From NCBI GenBank assembly GCA_963842085.1, contig CAWJET010000001.1, positions 713,565-777,564 of the forward strand: a stretch of 64,000 nt of DNA. The letters run 5' to 3'. This DNA comes from an uncultured delta proteobacterium (GTDB lineage Bacteria > Desulfobacterota > Binatia > Binatales > Binataceae). Below, piece by piece: positions 28,879 through 37,164 of the stretch. The notes under the pieces were generated by a model. That model saw nothing but the letters and a program-made list of their open reading frames with translations, was not told the origin of the DNA and searched no databases. Position 1 is the first letter of the stretch. Each line of letters starts with the position of its first letter. The position numbers were made by a program, and so were the translations under genes.

Positions 28879-29733
28879 TCAACCTTTTTTCCCAGTCACG
28901 ATGAACATCACCCATGCAGCGAAGAAGCGACCCGCGTCGTTTCTTTCCTGAAGTTCAAGGAGCCAGGACCTCTTCTCGTCGGGGCTCACGATGCCTTCGT
29001 CTGCCGCATGCCCCGCGCCCAACGTAAGATCGAGCAGCCTGTCAGCAACTTGAAAGTCCTGCACCGTGATCGGAAGCGCTTCGACACGCACTTCTTGCAG
29101 GCCACGCTCCCGAAAAAGTACGGGGACCCGACGGCCAATCCATCCATTGCGAATTTTCCCGCAGACAAGATCAAGGATCTTGCGCGTAACCGCCTGGTCA
29201 TTGGACTCGACGGCGACCAACCCCCAATCGCGGTCGACAATCTGCACTGTTCCGCCCGGCTTAGTCACACGAACCATTTCCTCAAGTGCCACGCGCGGAT
29301 CCGCAAGGTGTTGCAGGACTCGATCGGCTCGCGAAGCATCGAATGTGTCGCTGGAAAAACCAATGTGATGAGCTTCACAAACCACAAACTTCGGAAACGA
29401 AGAAACGTCTTTTGCCCGTCGCCGCGCCTCCGCGATCATCTCCTCGCTGTAGTCGATACCCACTACTCGACCCCGAACTCCGACCAACCGCTTCAATTCG
29501 CATGCGTCCTGGCCAATGCCACAGCCCACTTCTAGAACGACTGCTCCACGTTTCAGCCTCAGAGCGCGGTAGGAGCGCGCTTTCACGTCCTGGAAGTGAG
29601 CGCTCGCCATCTCCAGATACGATACCGCCGTATCCGCGTGCTCGCGCATCCAGGTTGCCCAAAAAACATCCGGACAAATTGGTGCCGGTGTGTCAGTTTC
29701 CTTTCTTTCCACAAGTCCGCCTGCTGACCCCAT
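28879..29733 (-). CDS. class I SAM-dependent methyltransferase
   Basis: VLEVGCGIGQDA motif I, DRVLQHL, and the KPGG post-II motif. Confidence 0.8.
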   Translation of the reverse strand: MGSAGGLVERKETDTPAPICPDVFWATWMREHADTAVSYLEMASAHFQDVKARSYRALRLKRGAVVLEVGCGIGQDACELKRLVGVRGRVVGIDYSEEMIAEARRRAKDVSSFPKFVVCEAHHIGFSSDTFDASRADRVLQHLADPRVALEEMVRVTKPGGTVQIVDRDWGLVAVESNDQAVTRKILDLVCGKIRNGWIGRRVPVLFRERGLQEVRVEALPITVQDFQVADRLLDLTLGAGHAADEGIVSPDEKRSWLLELQERNDAGRFFAAWVMFIVTGKKG

Positions 29734-29880
29734 CGAGTCCTACGAACTTAGTCGGCGAGCGAGCCGTGTAGCCGTTTCGACGACGCGACTGCCCGCACCT
29801 GGTCTTATGGGAGTGAGCCAACCCGATTCCCATCCGTAAATGACCGACGCTGCATTCCTCGTCAATCTGATCGAAGTCAT

Positions 29881-30438
29881 TTACTTCTGCGATGGATTCT
29901 CCAATTGCGGCCTGTTCCTCTGAGCCGCCCAGGCCAATGCGAACGTTAATGCAAGTTTCGTCGTCCTTGTGAATACATCGACAGCCTCAAGGTAAGCTTC
30001 TTCGGGCACAAATTCGTCGGTGTCGCTTATCTTCATAAGAATCTCGCGCGTCTCTACATTGGTAAGTGTCAGCGAGTTGAAGATGTGCTTCTCGGAAAGA
30101 TGGATGAAGCCCGAGGTCTCCTTGTACACGGGATCAATCCACGGTTCATGCGCGGAGAGGAGTTGTTTAAGATATGAGTCCGTGAGGCGCTTCCCGGAAC
30201 GATCTTTCATCTGATCGATTCTCGTACCACCCAACACCTGAATGGCGAAATCGTGCGGCTGGTCCACAAGCGTGGAAGCGAAGAAGCGGAGACAGTTGTC
30301 GAGTTGAAGCCGCACCAGCGGCGCGGCTGCGATCAGGTTCTTCTCGCGAACAAGGGTTAAAAACCCGGACGTCAAACGAAGCGACCGATTCAGGACGGCG
30401 AAGGCCAGAAAGTCGAGCGGGTAGATGACCTTTTGCAT
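29881..30438 (-). CDS. hypothetical protein (lower-GC gene, no recognisable family)
   Basis: 185-aa ORF whose GC content is visibly lower than its flanks. It is co-directional with, and between, the monooxygenase and methyltransferase genes. Confidence 0.5.
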   Translation of the reverse strand: MQKVIYPLDFLAFAVLNRSLRLTSGFLTLVREKNLIAAAPLVRLQLDNCLRFFASTLVDQPHDFAIQVLGGTRIDQMKDRSGKRLTDSYLKQLLSAHEPWIDPVYKETSGFIHLSEKHIFNSLTLTNVETREILMKISDTDEFVPEEAYLEAVDVFTRTTKLALTFALAWAAQRNRPQLENPSQK

Positions 30439-30540
30439 AATCTCTTTTCCGGTCTGGGCGTGATCGTCTTTGAGAACTTCCAGATTGTGAATGGCCTCAG
30501 CGAGTGTATCCTTTTAGCATCCCAGCGTTTCGCGAAGTCC

Positions 30541-31656
30541 TCAACGGCTTTGTGAGCGACCCCCGAGTCCCTGACCATAGCTCATCAAACTGCGGCCCCG
30601 ATCCAACTCGGATGTCTGCCAGTTCTCCAAAGAGTCTGACAGCGTGTGCCTCTCCACAAGTTCTCTACTCAACGCAAAGGCATTCGCGATCCCTTTCGAG
30701 GTGCTCGAGGCCGTGTGGGGACGGATGACGAAGGAGGCATCCCCAGCCAGGATCGTCCGGTCAAACGCCAGCCGTGGACACGCGAGGTCCATAATCGCCT
30801 GCACAAAGGGCTCCTTTGTTGCCCTCAGCAGCGCTTTGAAAGCGGGCGGCAGAACCGATTCTGCGATGCTGCGCTGCTTGTGTTCCTGCTCGGGATGGAG
30901 TGCTCCGGGTGGAATGGCGTATGCCCGGCGGATCCCTTGGGCGTCAGTCAGCAAAGGTACTAACTCTTTTTCCGACGTGTTCCAGTACCAAACCCAATTG
31001 AGCCGCCGCCGCCCAGCTTCGGTGTTCCCCGATTCACTCGGAATCAGATAGCAGAGGATGTGGCTGTCCGGCATTTGGAAGAATGTGAAATGATTGGCGA
31101 ACACCTTCAAAATGTCTTCCGGAAGGTCAGCTTCAGGAACAACTCCGCGCCACGCAACATAGCCGGCATACTTGGGCTGAATCTCCGGCAAGAGTAACGC
31201 ACGAACACCGGATCTGAAGCCGTCCGCACCAATTAAGAGATCGGCTGAGTCGTGAGTTCCGCCTTTGAAATACGAGGTGACTGACGATTCACCTTGCTCA
31301 AGATTCTGAAACTCATGGCCGAGATGATAGTTCTGCTCCGGGAAACTCTTCTTAAACCACGAGTAAAGGAGTCCCCAGGAGGTCATGAGTTGAGGCATCC
31401 GCTGAGATGAGACCACGGAGCCGTCTGCCGCCAGATAGTGTCTGGTCGCCAGTCTGACGCCAACATCGCCGTCAGACTTCGCCCCGCAGAGACCAAGCAT
31501 TTCAAGGGTCTCCGGTTGCATCACGATACCGGCGCCGCGATCGGAGAGTGTCTGCGAACTCCGTTCGAAGATGTTCACCTCCCAACCGATTCGACGGAGC
31601 AATATCCCTGCAGCCAGACCCGTGAGCGAGCCGCCAATGACTGTCGCGCGCTTCAT
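30541..31656 (-). CDS. FAD-dependent aromatic-ring monooxygenase (PHBH/salicylate hydroxylase class)
   Basis: N-terminal ATVIGGSLTGLAAGILL dinucleotide fold, DG motif LLIGADGFRSGVR, and C-terminal GDASFVIRPHTASSTSKG. Confidence 0.85.
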   Translation of the reverse strand: MKRATVIGGSLTGLAAGILLRRIGWEVNIFERSSQTLSDRGAGIVMQPETLEMLGLCGAKSDGDVGVRLATRHYLAADGSVVSSQRMPQLMTSWGLLYSWFKKSFPEQNYHLGHEFQNLEQGESSVTSYFKGGTHDSADLLIGADGFRSGVRALLLPEIQPKYAGYVAWRGVVPEADLPEDILKVFANHFTFFQMPDSHILCYLIPSESGNTEAGRRRLNWVWYWNTSEKELVPLLTDAQGIRRAYAIPPGALHPEQEHKQRSIAESVLPPAFKALLRATKEPFVQAIMDLACPRLAFDRTILAGDASFVIRPHTASSTSKGIANAFALSRELVERHTLSDSLENWQTSELDRGRSLMSYGQGLGGRSQSR

Positions 31657-31669
31657 TCAATTCTGTCCG

Positions 31670-32377
31670 TCAAACTGCGCAGACGCCGTTTTCACAGTGA
31701 CCGGTGGCACCCAGACCCCGCAGTATTGAGTCCGCGAGCAGCTTTTCTTTCTGAGCACCGTTGGCAACGACTTCCCCTTGAAACGAGATTTGAGGAACCC
31801 CCCGAATGCCGGCAGATGCGGCCATACGCTCCCCTGTTTTCACTTCGCTGACGAGCGCTGGGCTATCCAGATCTTCCACGCGCGAGATCGCAGTGACGCC
31901 GAACTCACGGGCTATGCCGAGCAGAGTGGCCGGATCACCTACGTCTTCGCCGTTTAGGAAGTAGGCTTGGAAGAGCCGTTCTGCGTCTAGATTTTGTTTA
32001 TGCACGCCGTCTTTCAAGGCCGCGGCGAGCAACACATGCCCCCTGAAGGTGTTCGGTGTACGCTTCATCAGGTCATGGCGAAATCTGATTCCGACCTCCG
32101 CTCCCGCGGCGGACACCTGTGCATCGAGGCGTTGCGACTGTTCCCAACTCCCGAACTTTGCTGAGCGGTACAATCGCCGGTCGAGGCCCTCGACAGGCAT
32201 CTCGGGGTTGAGTTGGAACGGATGCCAACGGACCTCGAGCGTTTTGCCCAAGATAGACGACGCTCTCTCCAGACGACGCTTCGCCACGAAGCACCATGGA
32301 CAAATCAAATCCGAAGTCACGTCGACGACCAGGCCGTCCGCGGGCGGCGCAATTCTATCTGTAAGATTCTCAGTCAT
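31670..32377 (-). CDS. DsbA-family thiol-disulfide oxidoreductase (FrnE-like)
   Basis: CPWC active site within DLICPWCFVAKRRLE. 235 aa FrnE/2-hydroxychromene-2-carboxylate isomerase-like fold. Confidence 0.8.
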   Translation of the reverse strand: MTENLTDRIAPPADGLVVDVTSDLICPWCFVAKRRLERASSILGKTLEVRWHPFQLNPEMPVEGLDRRLYRSAKFGSWEQSQRLDAQVSAAGAEVGIRFRHDLMKRTPNTFRGHVLLAAALKDGVHKQNLDAERLFQAYFLNGEDVGDPATLLGIAREFGVTAISRVEDLDSPALVSEVKTGERMAASAGIRGVPQISFQGEVVANGAQKEKLLADSILRGLGATGHCENGVCAV

Positions 32378-32410
32378 ATCTGAAGCTCCTACCTTCCCGG
32401 GTCAATCTAG

Positions 32411-32456
32411 CGACTAGGTAACCATTTGACTAGTAGGTACCGTTTGGTTACCATAG
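32411..32456 (+). promoter_or_regulatory. putative HxlR operator: repeated TAGGTA(A/C)C half-sites in inverted arrangement
   Basis: ctAGGTAACCAtttgactagTAGGTACCgttTGGTTACCAtag lies in the divergent intergenic region between hxlR-like and dsbA-like. Confidence 0.45.
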
Positions 32457-32460
32457 AGCA

Positions 32461-32829
32461 GTGAAAAAGGCGCCCGAATCAATCGATTCCGAACCCCTTT
32501 ACGACCCGCAGTACCCAGCGCGACAGGTATTACGAGTCATTGCCGACACCTGGACGCCAATAGTTTTGTTCTGTCTCAAGCGGGGAACCCGACGTTTCAA
32601 CGAACTCCAACGTTCCATCCCCGACATTTCCAGGAAGATGCTGACCCAAACCCTGCGAAAACTGGAACGCCGCGGACTTCTTGATCGCCTTGTTCACCCG
32701 GTAGTGCCTCCACACGTCGACTACACGCTGACACCAGTGGGCACGAAGTTCGCGGAGGCCGTAGCACTCATCTGCGAATGGGCGCAGAGAAATAAAGGCA
32801 TTTTGAAACGAGTTAATTTCAATGATTGA
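32461..32829 (+). CDS. HxlR-family winged-helix transcriptional regulator
   Basis: VLRVIADTWTPIVLFCLKRGTRRFNELQRSIPDISRKMLTQTLRKLERRGL is the HxlR/YodB pattern. GTG start. Confidence 0.8.
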   Translation: MKKAPESIDSEPLYDPQYPARQVLRVIADTWTPIVLFCLKRGTRRFNELQRSIPDISRKMLTQTLRKLERRGLLDRLVHPVVPPHVDYTLTPVGTKFAEAVALICEWAQRNKGILKRVNFND

Positions 32830-32863
32830 GATAGAGGTTTAGAAACTTCAATTCGCAGGCTGA

Positions 32864-32934
32864 GCGCCAGGGCTCAGTGCGGAAACCGTATGAGGGTGGC
32901 GGCGTTTTACGCTCGGAGTCGAAGCGATGATTGA
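32864..32934 (+). pseudogene. 3'-terminal relic of a second CGNR zinc-finger gene
   Basis: Encodes ..AQCGNRMRVAAFYARSRSDD*, ~85% nucleotide identity to 27216..27288 (C-terminus of the intact CGNR gene). The upstream portion is missing. Confidence 0.6.
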
Positions 32935-32966
32935 AGATCGCAGTCCGTTGAAACACTCCGTTCACA

Positions 32967-33001
32967 AAGTGTGTGTGCCAAATCGGCACATAGCACACTT
33001 T
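32967..33001. repeat. nested palindrome AAAGTGTG-TGTGCCAAATCGGCACA-tag-CACACTTT, related to the REP-like element at 28279
   Basis: Inner TGTGCC-AAATC-GGCACA shares the TGTGC-N-AAATC-N-GCACA core with the tandem palindromes at 28279..28318. Outer arms AAAGTGTG/CACACTTT add a second dyad. Confidence 0.55.
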
Positions 33002-33136
33002 CGGAAGGCGCAAAGATGACGCGAATCCTACAGTTCGTCGGATTTTTGTCTGGCATCCAACTTGCGGTAGTGTTTTCCGCCAATTTCAGAACCTCTTCGA
33101 CGGTAAAAACATAACCGAGCAACCCAGCAGGCGATC

Positions 33137-33439
33137 ATGAGCAGGCAAGCAGCAGAAGTTGGACTGCCAGAGAGCGAATATCTGACTGTCCCTGAGATCG
33201 CGAAAATTCTTCGACGCAATCGAAAGACCGTGTATGGCTGGATCGAATCTGGTGGGATTGGGGAAGTGGACGGTCTTTTCGTCGTGCAAGGACGTTACTT
33301 GATCCACTGGCCGACATTCCGATCCAGGCAGTTCAAACCCCGCGTGAAACTGCGCGGTCAACTGCCGGAATACTCGGAGGAATCGCAAAATGGCATGGCT
33401 GGAAACGGACAGACACGGCCGCCTGAGAATCGGCTTTAA
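33137..33439 (+). CDS. excisionase/helix-turn-helix DNA-binding protein
   Basis: LTVPEIAKILRRNRKTVYGWIESG is the HTH_17/excisionase motif. Lies immediately upstream of, and overlapping, the integrase. Confidence 0.65.
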   Translation: MSRQAAEVGLPESEYLTVPEIAKILRRNRKTVYGWIESGGIGEVDGLFVVQGRYLIHWPTFRSRQFKPRVKLRGQLPEYSEESQNGMAGNGQTRPPENRL

Positions 33440-34658
33440 GTATTACGACGGCCTCAAATGTCGCGAGCCGCTCGGGGTGTCGGCAAACAAGCAGACCATC
33501 GCCGAGGCCAGGCGGCTTTGCGCGACGATACAGCTTGAGCTCAAGGCGAGAACTTTCGATTATGCCAAGCGATTTCCGGACAGCGACCGGATAAAGCAGC
33601 GCGGGATCGAGACGCCAGAGAAAATCCAACCGATCAGCGTCACTGAGCTCGCCGACAGTTGGCTGCTCAGCAAGCAAGGCGAGGTGAAGAAATCGACCCA
33701 CGGCTACTACAAAGAAGTCGCGGGGATCTTCATTCAGCGCGACGCAATCGGGACGAAAACGGTCTCGGAATTACGTCAGGAAGACATCGATCGCTGGCGC
33801 GTACGGGTCGACGAGAAACAAACCAAGGGCAACGAACCGCTGAGCACGCGGCGGAAGAACATGGCGTGGGATGTCCTGAATCAAATCCTGGAGTTCGCTC
33901 GCGTCCGGAAACTGCTCAACGAAGACCTCCTGCTCGGGATGAAGCCATTTAAGGATTCCGGCCAAGCAAACGACGACGATTCCGAACTCTCGGACGAGCC
34001 GGAAGATGCCGAAGTGATGCCGTATAACGCGGATCAGATTGAAGCGATCATCGCGGCGGCGGAGGGCTGGGAACGCGCTCTTGTAACGCTCTATTTCTTT
34101 ACCGGAATCCGACGCGGCGAAGCGCTCGCTCTGACTTGGGACAGGGTCTACCTCGATCGTGACCGGGCACTGATCAACCGCAGCCTCAGCGTCCGATATG
34201 GCATCACGACGCCGAAGACGAAGAGCAGCCGGCGCATGATCCAGTACGGTCCAAGGGTTCGCGCAGAGCTGTCGAAGCAAAGGGAAAGAGTCCAGCTACG
34301 CAGCAAGTACGTCTTCCCCAATGAGAGCGGCGCTGCGCCCAATGTACGCTGGGCGACTGACGTGGTCTGGCGCCGAATTCTCACGCGAGCTGAAGTTCCG
34401 CACAGACCAATCGGGCAGTGCCGTCACAGCTTCGCGGTCCTCGCGCTGAAGCAGCACAAACCGCTCAACTGGATTCAACGGCAGATGGGTCACCGCACGC
34501 TGCAAATGTTGTTGAAACATTACTGGCGCTGGATACCGACCGACGATCTTTCTGCGGAAGAAATGTCTTCGTTGGAGAGCGCAGCGGCGCCGTTGGCCTC
34601 AAATCATGCCCACCCTGTGCCCACCCGGCCCGAAACCGGGACCGAAGCGGGCTCGTAA
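33390..34658 (+). CDS. tyrosine-type site-specific integrase
   Basis: 422 aa. N-terminal arm-binding-like domain (LRIGFKYYDG), core-binding domain, and catalytic C-terminus (..HSFAVLALKQH..MGHRTLQMLLKHYWRW with the conserved R..HxxR..Y pattern). Its 3' end is 36 nt from the tRNA-Ser 3' end. Confidence 0.85.
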   Translation: MAWLETDRHGRLRIGFKYYDGLKCREPLGVSANKQTIAEARRLCATIQLELKARTFDYAKRFPDSDRIKQRGIETPEKIQPISVTELADSWLLSKQGEVKKSTHGYYKEVAGIFIQRDAIGTKTVSELRQEDIDRWRVRVDEKQTKGNEPLSTRRKNMAWDVLNQILEFARVRKLLNEDLLLGMKPFKDSGQANDDDSELSDEPEDAEVMPYNADQIEAIIAAAEGWERALVTLYFFTGIRRGEALALTWDRVYLDRDRALINRSLSVRYGITTPKTKSSRRMIQYGPRVRAELSKQRERVQLRSKYVFPNESGAAPNVRWATDVVWRRILTRAEVPHRPIGQCRHSFAVLALKQHKPLNWIQRQMGHRTLQMLLKHYWRWIPTDDLSAEEMSSLESAAAPLASNHAHPVPTRPETGTEAGS

Positions 34659-34693
34659 AACAATGATTCAGATCGGGAAAAACCCAATAAAAC

Positions 34694-34785
<92 letters not shown>

Positions 34786-35093
34786 GCTCAATAAAATCAA
34801 GTATCTATGCGGTATTCGCCTTAGGAGCAACCTCCCAAAGTGTCCCGGATTTTTCGAGCCGGTCGTCAGACTCATCGCCAACCTGTCCACCGAATCAGTC
34901 TCCACGTTCTTGAACTGGTACCATCTCGCTGGCCTGAACTGTTCGACGAATTCGGTTACGCGCTGGGCTAACGGAGTTTCGTCGCGGACCTTGCTTGACG
35001 TCGCGAATCGCATGGTGCTTTGCTCCTATCGAGGAAGAGGAGATCTGCATCGCCGCTCATCTGCAGTAGTCTGCTGAGCGAGAGAAAGGCGTC

Positions 35094-35894
35094 ATGGAAC
35101 CAATCGCATACGTCGCGCGCCTGAACGAGTTCTATCGAAGTCAGGGATTTCCTGTGTACCAGTGGACGATCAATGAAAGCGCGCCGCTCACTCCGCTGAA
35201 AAAGTCGTTGGCTGGTTGCCGGGTGGCGATGCTCACGTCGGGCGGAGTCTCGCGCAAGGATACGCCACCGTTCAATCCCCAGGCGCGCAACGATTTGAGA
35301 CTCGACGCCGTCGACAAGGAAACCTCGCCCCAGTTCTTCGCCATCAACGACGACTACTACAATCACCGCGACGCGGACCGGGACATCAACTGCATTTTCC
35401 CGATCGAGCGACTCCGCGAGTTGCAATCCGAGGGCTTGATCGGTGAAGTCGGGCCGCATCATTACAGCGGCTTTATGGGGCGCATCTACACCCGCAGTGC
35501 GGTGGTGAACGAGGCCGCGCCGGCGCTGGCGCGGCGGCTGCGGGATGAGAGAATCGACGCGTTCGTCCTGGTGCCCGCTTGACCGCTCGATCACCAGACC
35601 GTTGGTCTGGTAGCGAGGGTGGTAGAGGAAGCAGGCATCCCGACCGTTGTAGTCTCGACCGGCCGCGATCTGAGCGCCCAGGTTAGACCGCCGCGCACGG
35701 TTTTCGTCAATTTCCCGATGGGAAATCCGTTCGGCAAACCATTCGATAAAGGTCAGCAGCGCAAGATTCTGCTCGACGCGCTGCACGCACTTGAATCGGT
35801 GAAGACCGGCGGCGGAATTATTGATCTCCCATATGAGTGGGGCAAGGAATTCGCAATGAACCTGGGTTCCGGCTATCGCGCGAAGAGCGCGTAG
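35094..35894 (+). CDS. PrdB/GrdB-family selenoprotein (D-proline/glycine reductase selenoprotein B-like); in-frame TGA (Sec) at 35580..35582
   Basis: ORFs 35094..35582 and 35619..35894 share one frame with only the TGA between them. ..DINCIFPIERLRELQSEGLIGEVGPHHYSGFMG..RIDAFVLVPA-U-PLDHQTVGLVARVVEEAGIPTVVV..IDLPYEW parallels PrdB around its Sec (..AVLLTAGUGTC..EEAGIPT..). A hairpin ACCAGACC-gtt-GGTCTGGT starts 10 nt after the TGA. Confidence 0.75.
35593..35611 (+). promoter_or_regulatory. SECIS-like stem-loop downstream of the PrdB-like UGA
   Basis: Perfect 8-bp stem ACCAGACC/GGTCTGGT with a GTT loop, 10 nt 3' of TGA 35580..35582. Confidence 0.55.
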
Positions 35895-35902
35895 GAGTTT
35901 TT

Positions 35903-36307
35903 GTGACGGTGAAGCTCAAGAAGACGCTCAGGCAAATGCTGGCGGAAGCAAATGCGGAGATAGAGACGGTTAGTGCCGCGGACGCGATCAAGCTCAAAGG
36001 TGATTCGGACCTGGTATTCGTGGACATCCGGGATATCCGCGAGCTTGAACGCGACGGCCGGATTCCAGGCGCGTTTCACGCACCGCGCGGGATGCTCGAA
36101 TTCTGGGTCGATCCCGAGAGTCCGTACCACAAGGAGATCTTCGCCTCGGGCAAAAAATTCATCTTCTTCTGAGCGGGCGGAGGCAGATCTGCGCTGGCAG
36201 CGCAGACCCTTCAGCGCATGGGACTCGCACCGGTCTGTCACATGGGCGGCGGCTTTACGGCATGGAAAGCGGCTGGCGGACCGGTGGAGGGTGGAAAAGT
36301 CTCGTGA
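35903..36307 (+). CDS. single-domain rhodanese sulfurtransferase with selenocysteine (TGA 36170..36172) in place of the catalytic Cys
   Basis: GTG start with RBS AGGAG. ..KKFIFF-U-AGGGRSALAAQTLQRMGLAPVCHMGGGFTAWKAAG places the TGA exactly at the CxxGxR active-site Cys of rhodanese. The frame continues 44 codons to TGA at 36305..36307. Palindrome CTGCGCTGGCAGCGCAG follows 16 nt downstream. Confidence 0.8.
36189..36205 (+). promoter_or_regulatory. SECIS-like stem-loop downstream of the rhodanese UGA
   Basis: CTGCGCT-GGC-AGCGCAG (7-bp stem, G-rich loop) 16 nt 3' of TGA 36170..36172. Confidence 0.5.
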
Positions 36308-36383
36308 TGGATAAGGGCTTCGCTTACTGTCTCTCGGGCTCGAATTCGAGAAAATACTGGTAGGTTGATTTGCGCGCCCGCTA

Positions 36384-37028
36384 TCATGCGCGGCGCGCGA
36401 CGAGCGCGTAATGATATTTGAACAAGCGCTCGCCTTCGATCCGCAAACCCATACGCTCCATCCGATCACGCGCTTCGGCAGCGGTGTAAACATGATCCCT
36501 TGGAGGACCCACCGGCCGTTCGACGCCGGCGTTCCAGTCAACTACGAGCACGGTTCCGGCCGGCTTGAGCAGGGCAACCATCGCACGCAGCGCGTCATCG
36601 CCGAGCTCATGCAGGACGTTGAGCGCGAGCACGCGATCGGCCGTTCCATTCAGCTTCTTAATTTCATCGGTATGAAGCGCTTTAAGATTTGAGAGCTTTT
36701 GTGCCGCAGGCTTCGCCCGCAACAGCTCGAGCATCTGCTGCTGTTCGTCGAGTGCAGTCACCTCCAGGTCGGGCCGCGATCGCGCGAGCTCGATCGCGTA
36801 GGTTCCGATGCCCGTGCCGAAATCCACGACACGGCTGCCGGTCGGCGCCGCCAGCATCTCGAAGATCTCATCGGGCGGCAGGTACCCGAAGCGAAATGGG
36901 TCGTCGAGCAGCGCCGCCCGGGCCGGGTCGAAGCGCTCGGGCTGACGGGCGCCATGCCGATCGTCATCGCCATGTGCGCCGTGGCGATGGCTGCCGTGAT
37001 GGTGCGAGTCGTGCTGATTTTTTTCCAT
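36384..37028 (-). CDS. class I SAM-dependent methyltransferase with His-rich N-terminal extension
   Basis: Motif I VVDFGTGIGTYA, motif post-I LDEQQQM, motif II-like DRVLALNVLHEL, KPAG. N-terminal HDSHHHGSHRHGAHGDDDRHG metal-binding-like tract. Start at MEKNQ (37028) has a GGAGGG RBS. Confidence 0.75.
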   Translation of the reverse strand: MEKNQHDSHHHGSHRHGAHGDDDRHGARQPERFDPARAALLDDPFRFGYLPPDEIFEMLAAPTGSRVVDFGTGIGTYAIELARSRPDLEVTALDEQQQMLELLRAKPAAQKLSNLKALHTDEIKKLNGTADRVLALNVLHELGDDALRAMVALLKPAGTVLVVDWNAGVERPVGPPRDHVYTAAEARDRMERMGLRIEGERLFKYHYALVARRA

Positions 37029-37164
37029 GAGGAATCCCTCCATGCGGGCTGAGCGCAACTTGACGCGCGGCTTGATTTCATCGCGACTTCTCCCAACATC
37101 GGAGGCAGCACGCGTGGATGATGATTGCTGCCATCAGAATGCACCGATCGCCGCCACGCGTCGA

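Noticed and set aside
32461-32500. tRNA-Ser-like 3' direct repeat (GATTCCGAACCCCTTTACGACC) as candidate attR
   Set aside because: Weak partial similarity to the tRNA T-arm, located inside the hxlR-like coding sequence. Probably coincidence.
36322-36345. 12-bp perfect palindrome CTCGAATTCGAG after the rhodanese gene
   Set aside because: Could be a weak terminator or operator, but there is no U-tract and no repeat elsewhere.
34968-36541. Long minus-strand ORFs 34968..35786 and 35873..36541
   Set aside because: They lie antisense to the PrdB-like and rhodanese genes. Their translations are low-complexity, whereas the plus strand carries strong family-specific sequence.
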